Made by a program: the position numbers and the translations under genes. A DNA stretch of 64,000 nt from Tetramitus jugosus (Eukaryota > Protista > Heterolobosea): contig OW569375.1 of assembly GCA_937625935.1 (NCBI GenBank), positions 401,874 through 465,873 of the forward strand. Direction: 5' to 3'. Below, one piece after another: positions 1 to 10,566 of this stretch; the stretch's first letter is position 1; every line of letters begins with the position of its first letter. A model generated the notes under the pieces. It had not been told where the DNA came from. It searched no databases and saw only the letters and a list, made by a program, of their open reading frames with translations.

Positions 1-379
1 CATATTGATTTTGAGTCAAAGAACGTTTTGGCTTGAACACACTCTTTTGTTTCGAAGCAACTTGACTCCTCATCAGATTTTCATGATAGTTTTGGTCCCA
101 GGACAATGGAGAGTGACTCAGTTCGTCAGTCTTTATGAGACGAGATCGCTGTTGGTTTCCTAGAGTTGGCTCACCCGATAAGGTTAATTCAATGGTTAGT
201 GCCTTGCTATTGGTGTTATTGTGACCGAACTTTTGTTTGGAAGGAGATTGGTTTCTGGACAATCCTGAGCTCGCAGATTTTACTCTCCTGGGTTGAGTCA
301 TTTGTACAATGGGTTTTGGTTCGGTCGTCCTGTAATGGTAGTCATGTGCTATCGTATGGTTTGAAGCCTGAGAGCGCAT
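1..379 (-). CDS. 5' part of a hypothetical protein running off the window start
   Basis: ATG at 379 (MRSQASNHT...MTQPRRVKSASSG...) is open with no stop down to base 1; divergent from RRP40. No recognisable domain. Confidence 0.45.
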   Translation of the reverse strand, partial: MRSQASNHTIAHDYHYRTTEPKPIVQMTQPRRVKSASSGLSRNQSPSKQKFGHNNTNSKALTIELTLSGEPTLGNQQRSRLIKTDELSHSPLSWDQNYHENLMRSQVASKQKSVFKPKRSLTQNQY

Positions 380-676
380 TAGAGGTAAGTAACTCTATTT
401 TCCAAAGCAACGGATGCTTGAGCTTTTCACTGAACACGGGAACTCTAATTTCACCTGAAACGGCGCGAGTTCTCCGTAAATGAAAAGTTCCCGCCAAAAA
501 TCAATCATCAGCTTTGGATCAATCAATGGCCTGGTCCTCAACTCCAATGAGATCAGCTCATGACTTGAACAGTCGGTCGTGATCTTGCCTTCATAAAAAC
601 GGTGAGTTTGCTTGGAACTTTCTTCTTCAATGAATTTGTTGAAGTATTTTTTGTTGTGAAAAAAAACACAAAAACA

Positions 677-1549
677 ATGCAAGTGAATGAAAAGCTCATT
701 GACACACTGGTCATGCCCGGTGACGTGATCACACTGTCCACCAAGAGTAGCTCTCAAGAACAAGGACGAAAACCAATACGGATCGGTCAAGGTATCGCTG
801 CCAACGGACCTCAGCTTGTTTCGCAGAAATTCGGAGTTTTACGTTATTTATCCGCTCAGAACAAGTACTTTGTGGAGAGCGCGCAACAGACTGTGTACAA
901 TCAATTAGCACAGGATGACATGGTCATTGGTGTCATCAAGGAGAGAGCTGGAGAGAACTACAAGGTTGAGATCAATGCACCTCACACTGCCACTCTGAAT
1001 TTGACTTCGTTCGATGGTGCGACCAAGAGAAACAGACCAGATTTGAAACCGGGAAGTCTTGTCTATGCACGAGTCTCGACAGTCAACAGAGATTTAGATC
1101 CAGAGATTACGTGTGTCTCTTCGAATGCAGCCATGAGAAAGGATTGGGTGACTGGACTGAGCACGTTTGGAGAACTAAAGGACGGTTACATGATTCAAGT
1201 TGGTTGCGACGTGTGCAGAAGTTTGTTGCAACCGGACAATGAACTGTTGAAACAACTGGGAGAGAGAGTGCCATTTGAGATTGCTGTGGGGTTGAACGGT
1301 AGAGTCTGGGTTTGTGCCATGGATCAACCAGCGCCATCGTCACTCATGCCATCTACAACACCATCCACAATTGATGCGTCACGTGCTGTAGATGCCCATG
1401 TCAAGGACACCATTCTGATTGCCAATGCCATTCAAAACATTCAATACCTGAGCAATGCACAACAAATTAAGCAATTGTTAGACAGATTATTCAGTGCACC
1501 ACAGACACCAGCAAAGAGCGCTGTTGCTGGACGCAAGAAGAAAAAGTAA
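677..1549 (+). CDS. RRP40: Exosome complex component RRP40 (S1 + KH)
   Basis: VMPGDVI, IGQGI, DMVIGVI, FDGATKRNRPDLKPGSLVYARV, FGELKDGY and PFEIAVGLNGRVWV are all hallmark Rrp40/EXOSC3 motifs; ATG at 677 follows an A-rich leader. Confidence 0.95.
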   Translation: MQVNEKLIDTLVMPGDVITLSTKSSSQEQGRKPIRIGQGIAANGPQLVSQKFGVLRYLSAQNKYFVESAQQTVYNQLAQDDMVIGVIKERAGENYKVEINAPHTATLNLTSFDGATKRNRPDLKPGSLVYARVSTVNRDLDPEITCVSSNAAMRKDWVTGLSTFGELKDGYMIQVGCDVCRSLLQPDNELLKQLGERVPFEIAVGLNGRVWVCAMDQPAPSSLMPSTTPSTIDASRAVDAHVKDTILIANAIQNIQYLSNAQQIKQLLDRLFSAPQTPAKSAVAGRKKKK

Positions 1550-1864
1550 AGAGTTGTTAAAAAAATTGTAATCCACTCAAAAATAGCGACTGGCAGCAAG
1601 CATTGAATCCTTCCAGGTATGATCCTGAAATATCGGGTCACATGTGCAACCATCATCACCCATCTCATCTTTTCGAAAGGGGGGAATTTTGATGACAATT
1701 TTAGCCTCTGCGCCTAGCACTAACTTTTTCGCCAGATGTTGCAAATAACAGGTCGCTGAAGGCAAGTTGCCAGTGTCTGTAACAAAGTATTTAAAACAAC
1801 AACACAACAACAATATCAAATACCTACCCAAACTATCATCTCTTATCAAGATTATTATCTGGAC

Positions 1865-2647
1865 ATGACTTTTTCGAAGATTATTCTTTCACTGCTCGTG
1901 CTGTGTCTTGTCACTTACACCTGTACCGCTAGATTACTAGAGTTCTCTGCTGGAACTAGAGGAATTTACAAGGGCGAACTATCTATGGGAGCATTCACCA
2001 TGGATGTCTCTCTAGATCCACCAGCAGTCTCCTTCAAATGTACTACCAAGGCAGATAATACTGCTTGCCCTGTTACCAAAGTATCAAACGCCACAGTTAC
2101 AATTGGTGCTGACTATGTTCTCGTTTCTGTGCCTGCTTCGGGTTCTGCTGCGGACAAGTGCTCCCAAGTTCCTGCATTCCAATATGGTGTCGAATCCATT
2201 GTTGAGTCCAATGGAATATCCAAGGGATTCCTAGTTGTTTATTATAATCAACAGAACGTCACCATTGGTGAGAGATGTATCACTGTTGATGCCACTAAGG
2301 CAATGGTGGGTATTGATTGGATTAATGATCAGAACTGTGTCGCTCTATCTGCAACAACAACTGCTGGATGTACCTCAACAGCTGCTAACCAAGCTGCAAC
2401 AAGCTTTGTTGTCGCTGGAGCTTTGAGTGATAGAGAAGTTCTTCCAGAACCTTCTCCTTCAGCCACACCTTCCACATCTGGACAGAGCAGCACTGATCCA
2501 TCTCATTCTCACGCTGACAGCAGCACACAACCCAGAGATTCATCCAAGAAGAACACTGCTACAAGATCATACTTGTATTCAGCAGTTGCTGTTGCCATTG
2601 TGATAGGAACCATTATTGTGTCCCATTTGAACATTCTCAAGCAATAA
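1865..2647 (+). CDS. Secreted/surface protein with Cys-containing ectodomain, S/T/P stalk and C-terminal TM or GPI signal
   Basis: N-terminal signal peptide (MTFSKIILSLLVLCLVTYTCTA), several Cys, PEPSPSATPSTS stalk, terminal hydrophobic segment AVAVAIVIGTIIV. Confidence 0.8.
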   Translation: MTFSKIILSLLVLCLVTYTCTARLLEFSAGTRGIYKGELSMGAFTMDVSLDPPAVSFKCTTKADNTACPVTKVSNATVTIGADYVLVSVPASGSAADKCSQVPAFQYGVESIVESNGISKGFLVVYYNQQNVTIGERCITVDATKAMVGIDWINDQNCVALSATTTAGCTSTAANQAATSFVVAGALSDREVLPEPSPSATPSTSGQSSTDPSHSHADSSTQPRDSSKKNTATRSYLYSAVAVAIVIGTIIVSHLNILKQ

Positions 2648-2729
2648 GCTCCCAAATGCTACATGTGTAAACAAAAAACAGAAACTAACATCTGTTGCAA
2701 AATAAAATCAAAAACGACCACTACGTTCC

Positions 2730-3212
2730 ATGGAAGATCACCAATCATCAACAACAACAAACAACACTATTTTTCTCGTCAAACAAATAAACACGTATCT
2801 CAGTGATCGAAGTTCTCGATCTCATCTTCTCCAATTGCCCACTGTCCGAACCATTGGTCTTCTCAAGTGCTTTGATGTCAGTGAAAGCAAGGCTACTGTT
2901 GAAGATGAAGGATCTGTTCTTCATATTGACACTTCATTGATCCCTCAGTTTCATGCCCACTCAAACACTTGGTACACGTTTATTGGACAGATGGAGCAGC
3001 GCAATACCTTGCTAGAAGAAGCAGCAGAAGAAGAAAATCACCCCATGAGTCGTCGCCACAATATTTATTATGTGCTCAAAGCAAAAATCGCACACGAGAT
3101 GCACGGAATGGACTCTAGTTCCATCAAATTGTGGAAGCAGAGTCTTTTGGCGTGTCAAAAATTTTTAGGCGACAATGACATCCAGGAATACAATCGAAAT
3201 TTGGACAGCTGA
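2730..3212 (+). CDS. TEN1: CST complex subunit TEN1 (OB fold)
   Basis: TVRTIGLLKCFDV..SKATV, IDTSLIPQFHA...YTFIGQME and VLKAKI..MHGMD align by eye with human TEN1 (TLRTFGRLCLYD, TKLVEPFHA..YIVLGEL, VVKARVL..EGMN). Confidence 0.8.
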   Translation: MEDHQSSTTTNNTIFLVKQINTYLSDRSSRSHLLQLPTVRTIGLLKCFDVSESKATVEDEGSVLHIDTSLIPQFHAHSNTWYTFIGQMEQRNTLLEEAAEEENHPMSRRHNIYYVLKAKIAHEMHGMDSSSIKLWKQSLLACQKFLGDNDIQEYNRNLDS

Positions 3213-3670
3213 GAAGTGGAACAATGGCAAACTAGTTTTGAGCAGAATATATATTCGTTGTGAACAAACTCCCATAAGCTGAAATATTTGTCCTTGGACA
3301 GAATGCAACTTCGAATTCCCTTCAATAGTCAAACGCCGTGATAAGAATTCCCGGACATTGCCGGAGTTAATGTTCGTGTTTTTGTTCGAAAGAGGAATTT
3401 TCAAGTCTGGAATTTCCAGCCTATCGATGTCACTCATCGACATCTAGCAGCACTCGAGGATATAGGGGGCATACATGCTGTGGTGATCAGTCAGTTGATT
3501 AAATGATTAGCCCGCTTCTCTTCTTTCAGCTTTGGTTGAACTGAACAACTGAGTTGTACGCGTGTGTTTTCCCTGGACAGAAACACGCATGCTTCCAACC
3601 ATAAAATCATTTGTAGCTTACACAACAACAAAAAAACAAACAAAAACACCAAAAAACTAGCAAGAAAAAC

Positions 3671-6232
3671 ATGTCCATGGGAAGAAGCACACGATTCCTG
3701 TGCTACCTACTGCTCCTCGTGAGCATCATGGTCACATTCGCCACAGCAATCGACCCCAAATATCAACTGTTCAACCTTGAGAGAACACCCACTGGTTACC
3801 AAGGCCAATTGAAGCTCCAAGAGGGTAGTGGTCCATTCGGTAACGATATTCAAGACCTCAAATTCCAAATGTTCTACGAGACGAACACTCGTCTTCACAT
3901 CAAGATCACTGATCTCAATGAACAAAGATGGCAACTACCAAAGCAATTACTCAAGAGTGAATTGCCAAGTGTTGCTGCTGCCAATCCAAAGTACAATGTC
4001 GAATTCCAAAAGTATCCATTCGGATTCAAGGTCACTAGAAACGGTGGTGGAGGTGATAATGTCATTTTTGACAGCAGTACCAAGCCATTTATTTTTGAGG
4101 ATCAGTTTATTCAGATTGGAACCCAGTTTTCAAGAAGAGATCCAAACATTTATGGATTGGGTGAGAGAGTGCATCCATTGAGACTCAACACGTCTGATGT
4201 TGCGTACACAATGTTCAATTTGGACAATTTGAATCGTTTTAGAGAGAATTTGTACGGTACTCATCCATTTTATATGGAGTTGAAGGATGATCGCACAGCC
4301 TATGGTGTCTTCTTGTTCAATGGTAATGCCATGGATGTTCGATTAGAGCCAAATGCACTCAGCTATAGAACCATTGGTGGTGTCATTGATTTGTACATAT
4401 TTTTGGGACCTGAGCCAGAAACTGTTGTGAAGCAGTATCAAGAAGTGATTGGTAAGCCAATTTTGCCACCATTTTGGTCATTCGGATGGCATCAGTGCAA
4501 GTATGGATACAAGGATCTGGATGAAGTGAAGGCTGTTGTGAATACCTATGCAAAGTACAAGCTTCCATTGGAAGCCATGTGGAACGATATTGACTACATG
4601 GATGCCTACAAGGATTTCACATGGGATCCACAGAGATACAACATTGAACAAGTGAAGAAGTTTGTTGATGATTTGCACAACAAGGATCAACGCTACGTTG
4701 TCATTATTGATCCTGCCATTGCAAATGAACCTGGATATGCTCCATATGACGAAGGTGTTCAAAAGAACATTTTCATCAATAGTGCACAGACTGGAAAGGC
4801 ATTGGTGAACAAGCAATGGCCTGGATTGTCTGTCTTCCCTGATTTCACTAACCCAGCCACCACTGAATACTGGGCAAAGTTTGTTGAAAAGTTTATTACT
4901 GATGTGCCAATTGATGCCTTGTGGTTGGACATGAACGAAATCTCCGGATTCTGTGACGGTGTCTGTAACACTACTAGCAAAGTTAGAAAGACAAAGGCTG
5001 GACCATTCAGAGATGTGAACAATCCACCATTTGTTCCAGATAATGGCGGTACCAGAACATTGGACTACAAGACTATGAGTATGGACGCAAAGCACTACCT
5101 CGGACAACAGTATGATGTGCACAACATTTTTGCAAACTTTGAGATCAATGCTACTTTGCCATCTCTCCAGAAGGTCACAGGTAAGAGACCATGGATCGTC
5201 ACTCGTGCTTCCTATGCTGGTATGGGTAGTCTTGCTACTCACTGGCTCGGTGACAATGAATCCACTTGGGAGTCTTTGAAGCTTTCCATTTCCGGAATGT
5301 TGAACATGAACATTTTCGGTATTCCGATGGTTGGTGCTGATATCTGTGGCTTCATGGGTAACACTACCATGGAGTTGTGTGCCAGATGGACTCAATTGGG
5401 CTCATTCTATCCATTTGCTAGAAATCATAACACTTTGGGCTCTATCCCTCAAGAACCATACGTCTTCGGTCAGGCATTCGTCGATATGACCAAGAACCTG
5501 TTGGCTGTCAGATACTCATTGTTGAACTATTTCTACACTTTGTTCGCCGATGTTCACAAACACGGTGGTACTGTTGTCAGACCATTGTTCTTCGAGTTCA
5601 GCGATCCAAAGTTGGAATTTATTGACACTCAGTTCATGATTGGTAGTGGTCTTTTGATTTCTCCAGTTGTCGCTGAAGGCGCAAGAGTCAGAGATGCTTA
5701 CTTCCCAGGTGAGGACAAGTGGTACGACTTCTACTCTGGTGCATTCTTGACCAAGGGTGGTGTGAGCAAGTCCTTGTATGCTCCACTGACCTTCATTCCT
5801 GTTCACGTCCGTGGTGGATCTGTTATTCCAAAGCAGTTCCCTGGTTTGACAACTTCTGAAGTGCGTAACAATCCATTTGAGATCTTGATTGCTCTCGATG
5901 ATTATCACTCTGCTTATGGTACACTGATCTTGGATGATGGCGACAGTGTTGACACATTGGAGAATGGTCAATACACTGAGATTAGCTATGATGCTGGAAA
6001 GATGGACGCAGGCACTATTTCTCTGAGCTCAAAGGTTGGAAAGAACGGATATGCAGCTGCTTCTCAAAGAATTGTTGGCCAAGTGACTGTATTTGGTGTT
6101 CCAAGCATCTGCCAAGTTTCAATCAACGGACAACCTACCGCCAACTATGAAGTGAACAAGGAGTTCAATGTTCTAAGAATCAAGACTACATTGACTCTGA
6201 CTGATCCATTCACAGTTTCTTTCGGATGTTAA
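3671..6232 (+). CDS. Glycoside hydrolase family 31 (lysosomal/acid alpha-glucosidase)
   Basis: Signal peptide; YGLGE, WNDIDYMD, catalytic WLDMNE, HWLGDN, GADICGF, FYPFARNHN. Confidence 0.95.
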   Translation: MSMGRSTRFLCYLLLLVSIMVTFATAIDPKYQLFNLERTPTGYQGQLKLQEGSGPFGNDIQDLKFQMFYETNTRLHIKITDLNEQRWQLPKQLLKSELPSVAAANPKYNVEFQKYPFGFKVTRNGGGGDNVIFDSSTKPFIFEDQFIQIGTQFSRRDPNIYGLGERVHPLRLNTSDVAYTMFNLDNLNRFRENLYGTHPFYMELKDDRTAYGVFLFNGNAMDVRLEPNALSYRTIGGVIDLYIFLGPEPETVVKQYQEVIGKPILPPFWSFGWHQCKYGYKDLDEVKAVVNTYAKYKLPLEAMWNDIDYMDAYKDFTWDPQRYNIEQVKKFVDDLHNKDQRYVVIIDPAIANEPGYAPYDEGVQKNIFINSAQTGKALVNKQWPGLSVFPDFTNPATTEYWAKFVEKFITDVPIDALWLDMNEISGFCDGVCNTTSKVRKTKAGPFRDVNNPPFVPDNGGTRTLDYKTMSMDAKHYLGQQYDVHNIFANFEINATLPSLQKVTGKRPWIVTRASYAGMGSLATHWLGDNESTWESLKLSISGMLNMNIFGIPMVGADICGFMGNTTMELCARWTQLGSFYPFARNHNTLGSIPQEPYVFGQAFVDMTKNLLAVRYSLLNYFYTLFADVHKHGGTVVRPLFFEFSDPKLEFIDTQFMIGSGLLISPVVAEGARVRDAYFPGEDKWYDFYSGAFLTKGGVSKSLYAPLTFIPVHVRGGSVIPKQFPGLTTSEVRNNPFEILIALDDYHSAYGTLILDDGDSVDTLENGQYTEISYDAGKMDAGTISLSSKVGKNGYAAASQRIVGQVTVFGVPSICQVSINGQPTANYEVNKEFNVLRIKTTLTLTDPFTVSFGC

Positions 6233-6325
6233 ATTAATATACACTTTTTCTTGCGGTTTGAATTTTTACTTTGCATGTGCATACTTTGAAGTTGAGAATT
6301 TTGTATGTTGCCAAAAGGTGACTCT

Positions 6326-7027
6326 TTAGTTCTTTTGGATCGGTAAGAATAATTTGAATTCGCTTGGTAGTTCATTCTCCGAATACAATCGATCACTAAA
6401 GTAGATTCGTCTAATCCTGCAATTGGCATGAATTTGCACTTGCAGAGTTTCTAGATAGTTCGTTCCGTAGGCTCTTCTTGTAAAATCTGATAAATTGAAT
6501 TGTATTTGATTCCAACCTTCGTCTAAACGCATAGGCATCGTACAAATGAATGGTTTTACTCTTGTTGTCGTCTGGTAATTACTAGCCCGGAACCTTCTCT
6601 TTATATTCTTGTCATCCAGTACTTGGACCTCAAATGTAAAGTACTTTTTCAGCTATTGATTTAAAAATGGAGTGAATAAATGGGTCAAAGGGAGAACTCA
6701 CTTAACACAACTTACATTTTTAATAATCATCACAAGAAAGGGTAGTTTTATACCAAGTGTTTTCTTTGCATCTGCTGGACATGTGATAAAAGTGGTGCTG
6801 ACATTTGTTCCAATAATTTCAAGCACAGATGATTGAATGTCTTGATCAGTGATTCTCTTGATGTGACCGTTCCTCACTAACGAATCAATCAGAGTCAATT
6901 TATGGATCATATCACTGCTTGTTCACACACAAGAGAACATACCTTGTTTATCCCAAATTTGTAATGGTTTAGAACCAATGCTGTAAAGAATGGACAGAAA
7001 TCCGGATTGGAATGTGTTTTTAAACAT
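6326..7027 (-). CDS. CFAP20: Cilia- and flagella-associated protein 20 (BUG22), 3 exons
   Basis: Exons 7027-6943, 6876-6716 and 6652-6326 joined at GT-AG introns give [44 protein letters not shown]...[30 protein letters not shown], near-identical to CFAP20. Confidence 0.97.
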
Positions 7028-7260
7028 GGTATGTACAGATAGATGGGATGTTGGGTTCACGACTTTAAAGTGTAAATGAACTATTGAGAAATGTAGGTTT
7101 TCGTTTCAGAAGCGGTAGATGAGCAGTTTTGTTGGTTACCACGATCGTTTTTCAGTAGTTGCAACGTTGGGAATTCAGGCGCGCAAATAAAAAGGCGGCA
7201 GTCTTTCGCTCGCGAACAAATAGCTCATTTCCAGAAAATCGGCGAACTCCACATTTCCTC

Positions 7261-8910
7261 ATGAGTTTGGAAGCACAAGCAAAACAAAATCAAACAGAAA
7301 ACAAAGCAATGAACAACTACGAAAACGACGATGAATATGACGACGAAGACAACCACCATAACCACCACGAGATTCTCGTCAACAACCACTTTCGCCACAT
7401 TCCTGGTCCAGCCGGAGAAATTTTCATCAGTGATGATCATTTGAAGAATCAGCAACTGTATCAGCAACAGTTTACTCAAATGCAACAAAGTAAAAAAAAT
7501 TCAAGTAATAACAGTAACAATAATAATAATAGTAACATGAACAATAGTAACAAGGAAAAGAAGCTACAAGAGGAATTTGAGAAAAATTTGCGAAATTCAT
7601 TGGAAAAGTTTTTGATTGATAATGGATTACCTAATGGCATGGACATTTGTCGAAACAATAGTATCATTTTTATGAAGAGTGGTAATCATTTTGAGAAGAA
7701 GGTGACGTTGGCTGCCATGTGCGTAAAGAATATCATTCGATATGATTCTGTTCAATCGGCTAGTGTTTTACTGTGTGATTTCTATCGGTCTCCTTCATCG
7801 TCATCGACTACGCATCACTCTTCCTCACCACAACCTCATGGTGTAGGTAGCAGTAGTGGTACTAGTGTTGCATCGTCGAACACGGGTGGATTATCGGATG
7901 AAAATCTGATTGAAGCAACTATTCATCGATCTGTGATTGAAAAGTATCCCCATGTGCTGACACCGGGAACGTTGTTACTACTCAAAAAGTTTTGTTTGTT
8001 TCATCCTTCGCCAAGAACGCATCACTTGATATTGACACCAAAGAATATTGTCAACATTTTTTCATCTGGAGCGGCTCAGAAGCGAATCGAGAAGAGTTTG
8101 GGGATTAGTTCGTCTCAGACAAGTTCAGTCTCTTCTTCATCTTCTTCCTCATCGAGCAGTACTAGAAGACCCGAGAAACAAACAGATAGGAGCTCAGTCT
8201 CCACGACAAATGTAGATAGAGTTGAAGAGAGCAGATCTTATCACCACCATGAAGAGGAGCGAGTGATGGAAAATGTGGAAGAGAGAAGATCACATGAACA
8301 ATTGAGCACTGTTGTTCGGTTTTCGAGTCACAATAAGGATAGTGGTGCTGATAGAATTAGTAACGATGCTCCTCGGAGACCATTCGTATTACCTCCACCA
8401 CCCAGTACAATCAAACAAAAGAACAAGAGAACATTGGAAGAGCAGCAACGAGCATCAGTGTACCCCAAGCCACAGTTTTCAAGTGTCTGAAACAATAGTA
8501 ACAACAACGAAATCGATACAGATATGGAAATCACTGATACAATGGATGTATTGTCAGACGCAAAGGAATTGTTGAATTATCCTGATCAAGCATCTCAAGT
8601 CCTAATACCTGATGGGGATACTGAGCAAAATGATATGCAAATCAATGATGAGCCTCCTCAAAAGAAGGCACGCTTAATGGAGGATGATGATGACGATGAG
8701 GAGGAGGAGGATAATGTTAGTGATGACAAACAACAACAACAAACACAAAGCACCCAATCAAAGGAACAACACTATGCTCCAGCAGATGATTTTGATATGT
8801 TTAATCATGAACTCTATGCAGATGAAGAGCAAGATGAGAGACACACCCTAGGAGACCACATTGACAACTTGGAAGTTGAAGATATCCAGAACGAGGACGA
8901 GTTCTTCTAG
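7261..8910 (+). CDS. HROB: HROB/MCM8IP-like OB-fold protein (DUF4539) with acidic tail
   Basis: IPGPAG motif plus IEATIHRSVIEKYP..LTPGTLLLLKKFCLFHPSPRTHHLILTPKNIVNIF. The 8491-8910 acidic segment is in the same frame beyond a single TGA at 8488-8490, so the 3' structure is uncertain. Confidence 0.8.
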
Positions 8911-9066
8911 GAGATTATCCTTTTGTATTTATTCGGAGTAAATTCTCCGCTTTTCTTCTTGCAAAATTTGGAACTTTCAAAAAAATGACCGTTACATTCG
9001 AGAAACTTTTCAAACAAATCAAAATTCTCGAGAAACGAAGCTCGAAACCATATTGATCGAAACCAT

Positions 9067-10488
9067 ATGAGAAAAAGTGTCATTCCATTGAATAATCGGC
9101 GCAGACTTGCGCTACAGAAGCAGCAACAAGAAGAAGCTTCTTCGAAACGACCTGACTTTCAAAACCTGGAACAAGTCATTGAGTATTACTTGTGCTTATC
9201 ATTAAAACAAGATGATGCTGTTGTTGGTTCCTTCATGTTGAATAGTACAGGTGGTTCCCAGTCGAGTGAACCAGAGAATCGAAGCAACACGTACCACAGT
9301 CCATTTAGTCAACGAGAATTTTCTCAGGTGCAATTCTCCTCTCCCGCCCTCGCCCGATCGAATGTTCCAACACAATCAACGCCAACTACGGCTGAACAAG
9401 GCGAGACGGAATGTTTGTCGTCGGCGGAACTTCAAAGGAAATATCGAGAATTGTATCCGATTGGCTTGTCTAATGTGATCCCAGAGGTGTTCCATGCTCT
9501 GAATGAGACATCAGACCGATTATTGTCTCAAATGAGCAAGGAACAGCACAGTGATCATGAAACGGTTGTTGAAGAAGACTTCAATTCTCAATCGAATGAG
9601 AGTAATGGTAAACGTGTGAGTGAATCGATGGCAAAGGCTCACTTTAACAATGAACATGTTCAGAGCTTGTTTCGGAATTTGTTTAAGCCCAAACTTTTTT
9701 TGCTAAAGAGTTATGACCAAGGGTTAAGAGAGCAGTTGGATCAAGTCAAATTGAAAGCCACGAGGGACAAGTTTATTCGTGAGCTTCAAATTCAAGTCCT
9801 GCTTAGCTTTTTGTTCTTGTTAAAGCTGTACTCGACAGATCGAATCAAACCAAAGAAATTAGACATGATTTCTGGATTGTTGAGCACTTGCAAGGGATTC
9901 TATTATGACTCGGATGAAATGTTCAATGTCTTTCTGCGGAAAACAATGTTAATCGAACCATTGCTGTCAAAGTTTCCTCGTGCACTTATAGCCCTGTTCA
10001 AAAAGTTTTTGTTACCTGTTCCACCAGAGCTCCAATCAAGTGCTAATAAGAAGAACAATCGTTTAATCTTGATGAATGGTAGTAGTGAGAATAATCATTT
10101 GACATTCCAAGAAGAAGCAGTTGGCGGAAGCACTCCTGGAGATAAGAAGATTGATGATGATGAAGAGGACGCGTATCAGGAAAGCAATACTTACGAGGAG
10201 TTAATGGCTAATATGAAGAAGAAAACAGATGTTTTCAGTCGTCGTCTGTTGCTCGATACACCATCTAGGACCTTTAGAATGCCCTCTTCCATGACTCCAA
10301 TGGGACCACCTCCACCGACACCAGAGGTCACCTACACTCGAGGTGTGAATGTTGCACCTACTCCAGATTTCGGTATTGCAACAACAGGCAGAAAGAAGAA
10401 GCGAAAATTCATGCAAACGAAGAAGATTCTAAACTTTAGTTTGCCAGAGGGTGATCCTGAACCAAAGCGACAAAAGGTTGCAACCTAG
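9067..10488 (+). CDS. Probable Treslin/Sld3-like replication initiation factor
   Basis: KFIRELQIQVLLSFLFL resembles the Sld3/Treslin core (K.RE.QLQ+++.LE); C-terminal cluster of TP CDK-type sites (DTPS, MTPM, PTPE, PTPD) and a basic NLS. Confidence 0.5.
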   Translation: MRKSVIPLNNRRRLALQKQQQEEASSKRPDFQNLEQVIEYYLCLSLKQDDAVVGSFMLNSTGGSQSSEPENRSNTYHSPFSQREFSQVQFSSPALARSNVPTQSTPTTAEQGETECLSSAELQRKYRELYPIGLSNVIPEVFHALNETSDRLLSQMSKEQHSDHETVVEEDFNSQSNESNGKRVSESMAKAHFNNEHVQSLFRNLFKPKLFLLKSYDQGLREQLDQVKLKATRDKFIRELQIQVLLSFLFLLKLYSTDRIKPKKLDMISGLLSTCKGFYYDSDEMFNVFLRKTMLIEPLLSKFPRALIALFKKFLLPVPPELQSSANKKNNRLILMNGSSENNHLTFQEEAVGGSTPGDKKIDDDEEDAYQESNTYEELMANMKKKTDVFSRRLLLDTPSRTFRMPSSMTPMGPPPPTPEVTYTRGVNVAPTPDFGIATTGRKKKRKFMQTKKILNFSLPEGDPEPKRQKVAT

Positions 10489-10566
10489 TTATGAGGATTC
10501 AGTACTGTATAAAAATGTTGATATTGCCATTGTTTGGAACAATGGGAACTTAACCAAATAATCAGT

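Noticed and set aside
485-500. E2F-like TTCCCGC motifs upstream of several genes (also ~16301, 22156, 25121)
   Set aside because: Short and found before unrelated genes; cannot be separated from a general promoter element without genome-wide statistics.
4478-5971. Long antisense ORFs within the GH31 gene, and similar ones over TyrRS, the LRR genes and the ARM gene
   Set aside because: Shadow ORFs produced by codon bias on the coding strand; no motifs.
8488-8490. Selenocysteine or alternative genetic code (TGA as sense)
   Set aside because: TGA terminates several clear genes here (TEN1, 2OG oxygenase, Myb), the site is in a disordered region, and no SECIS was recognised.
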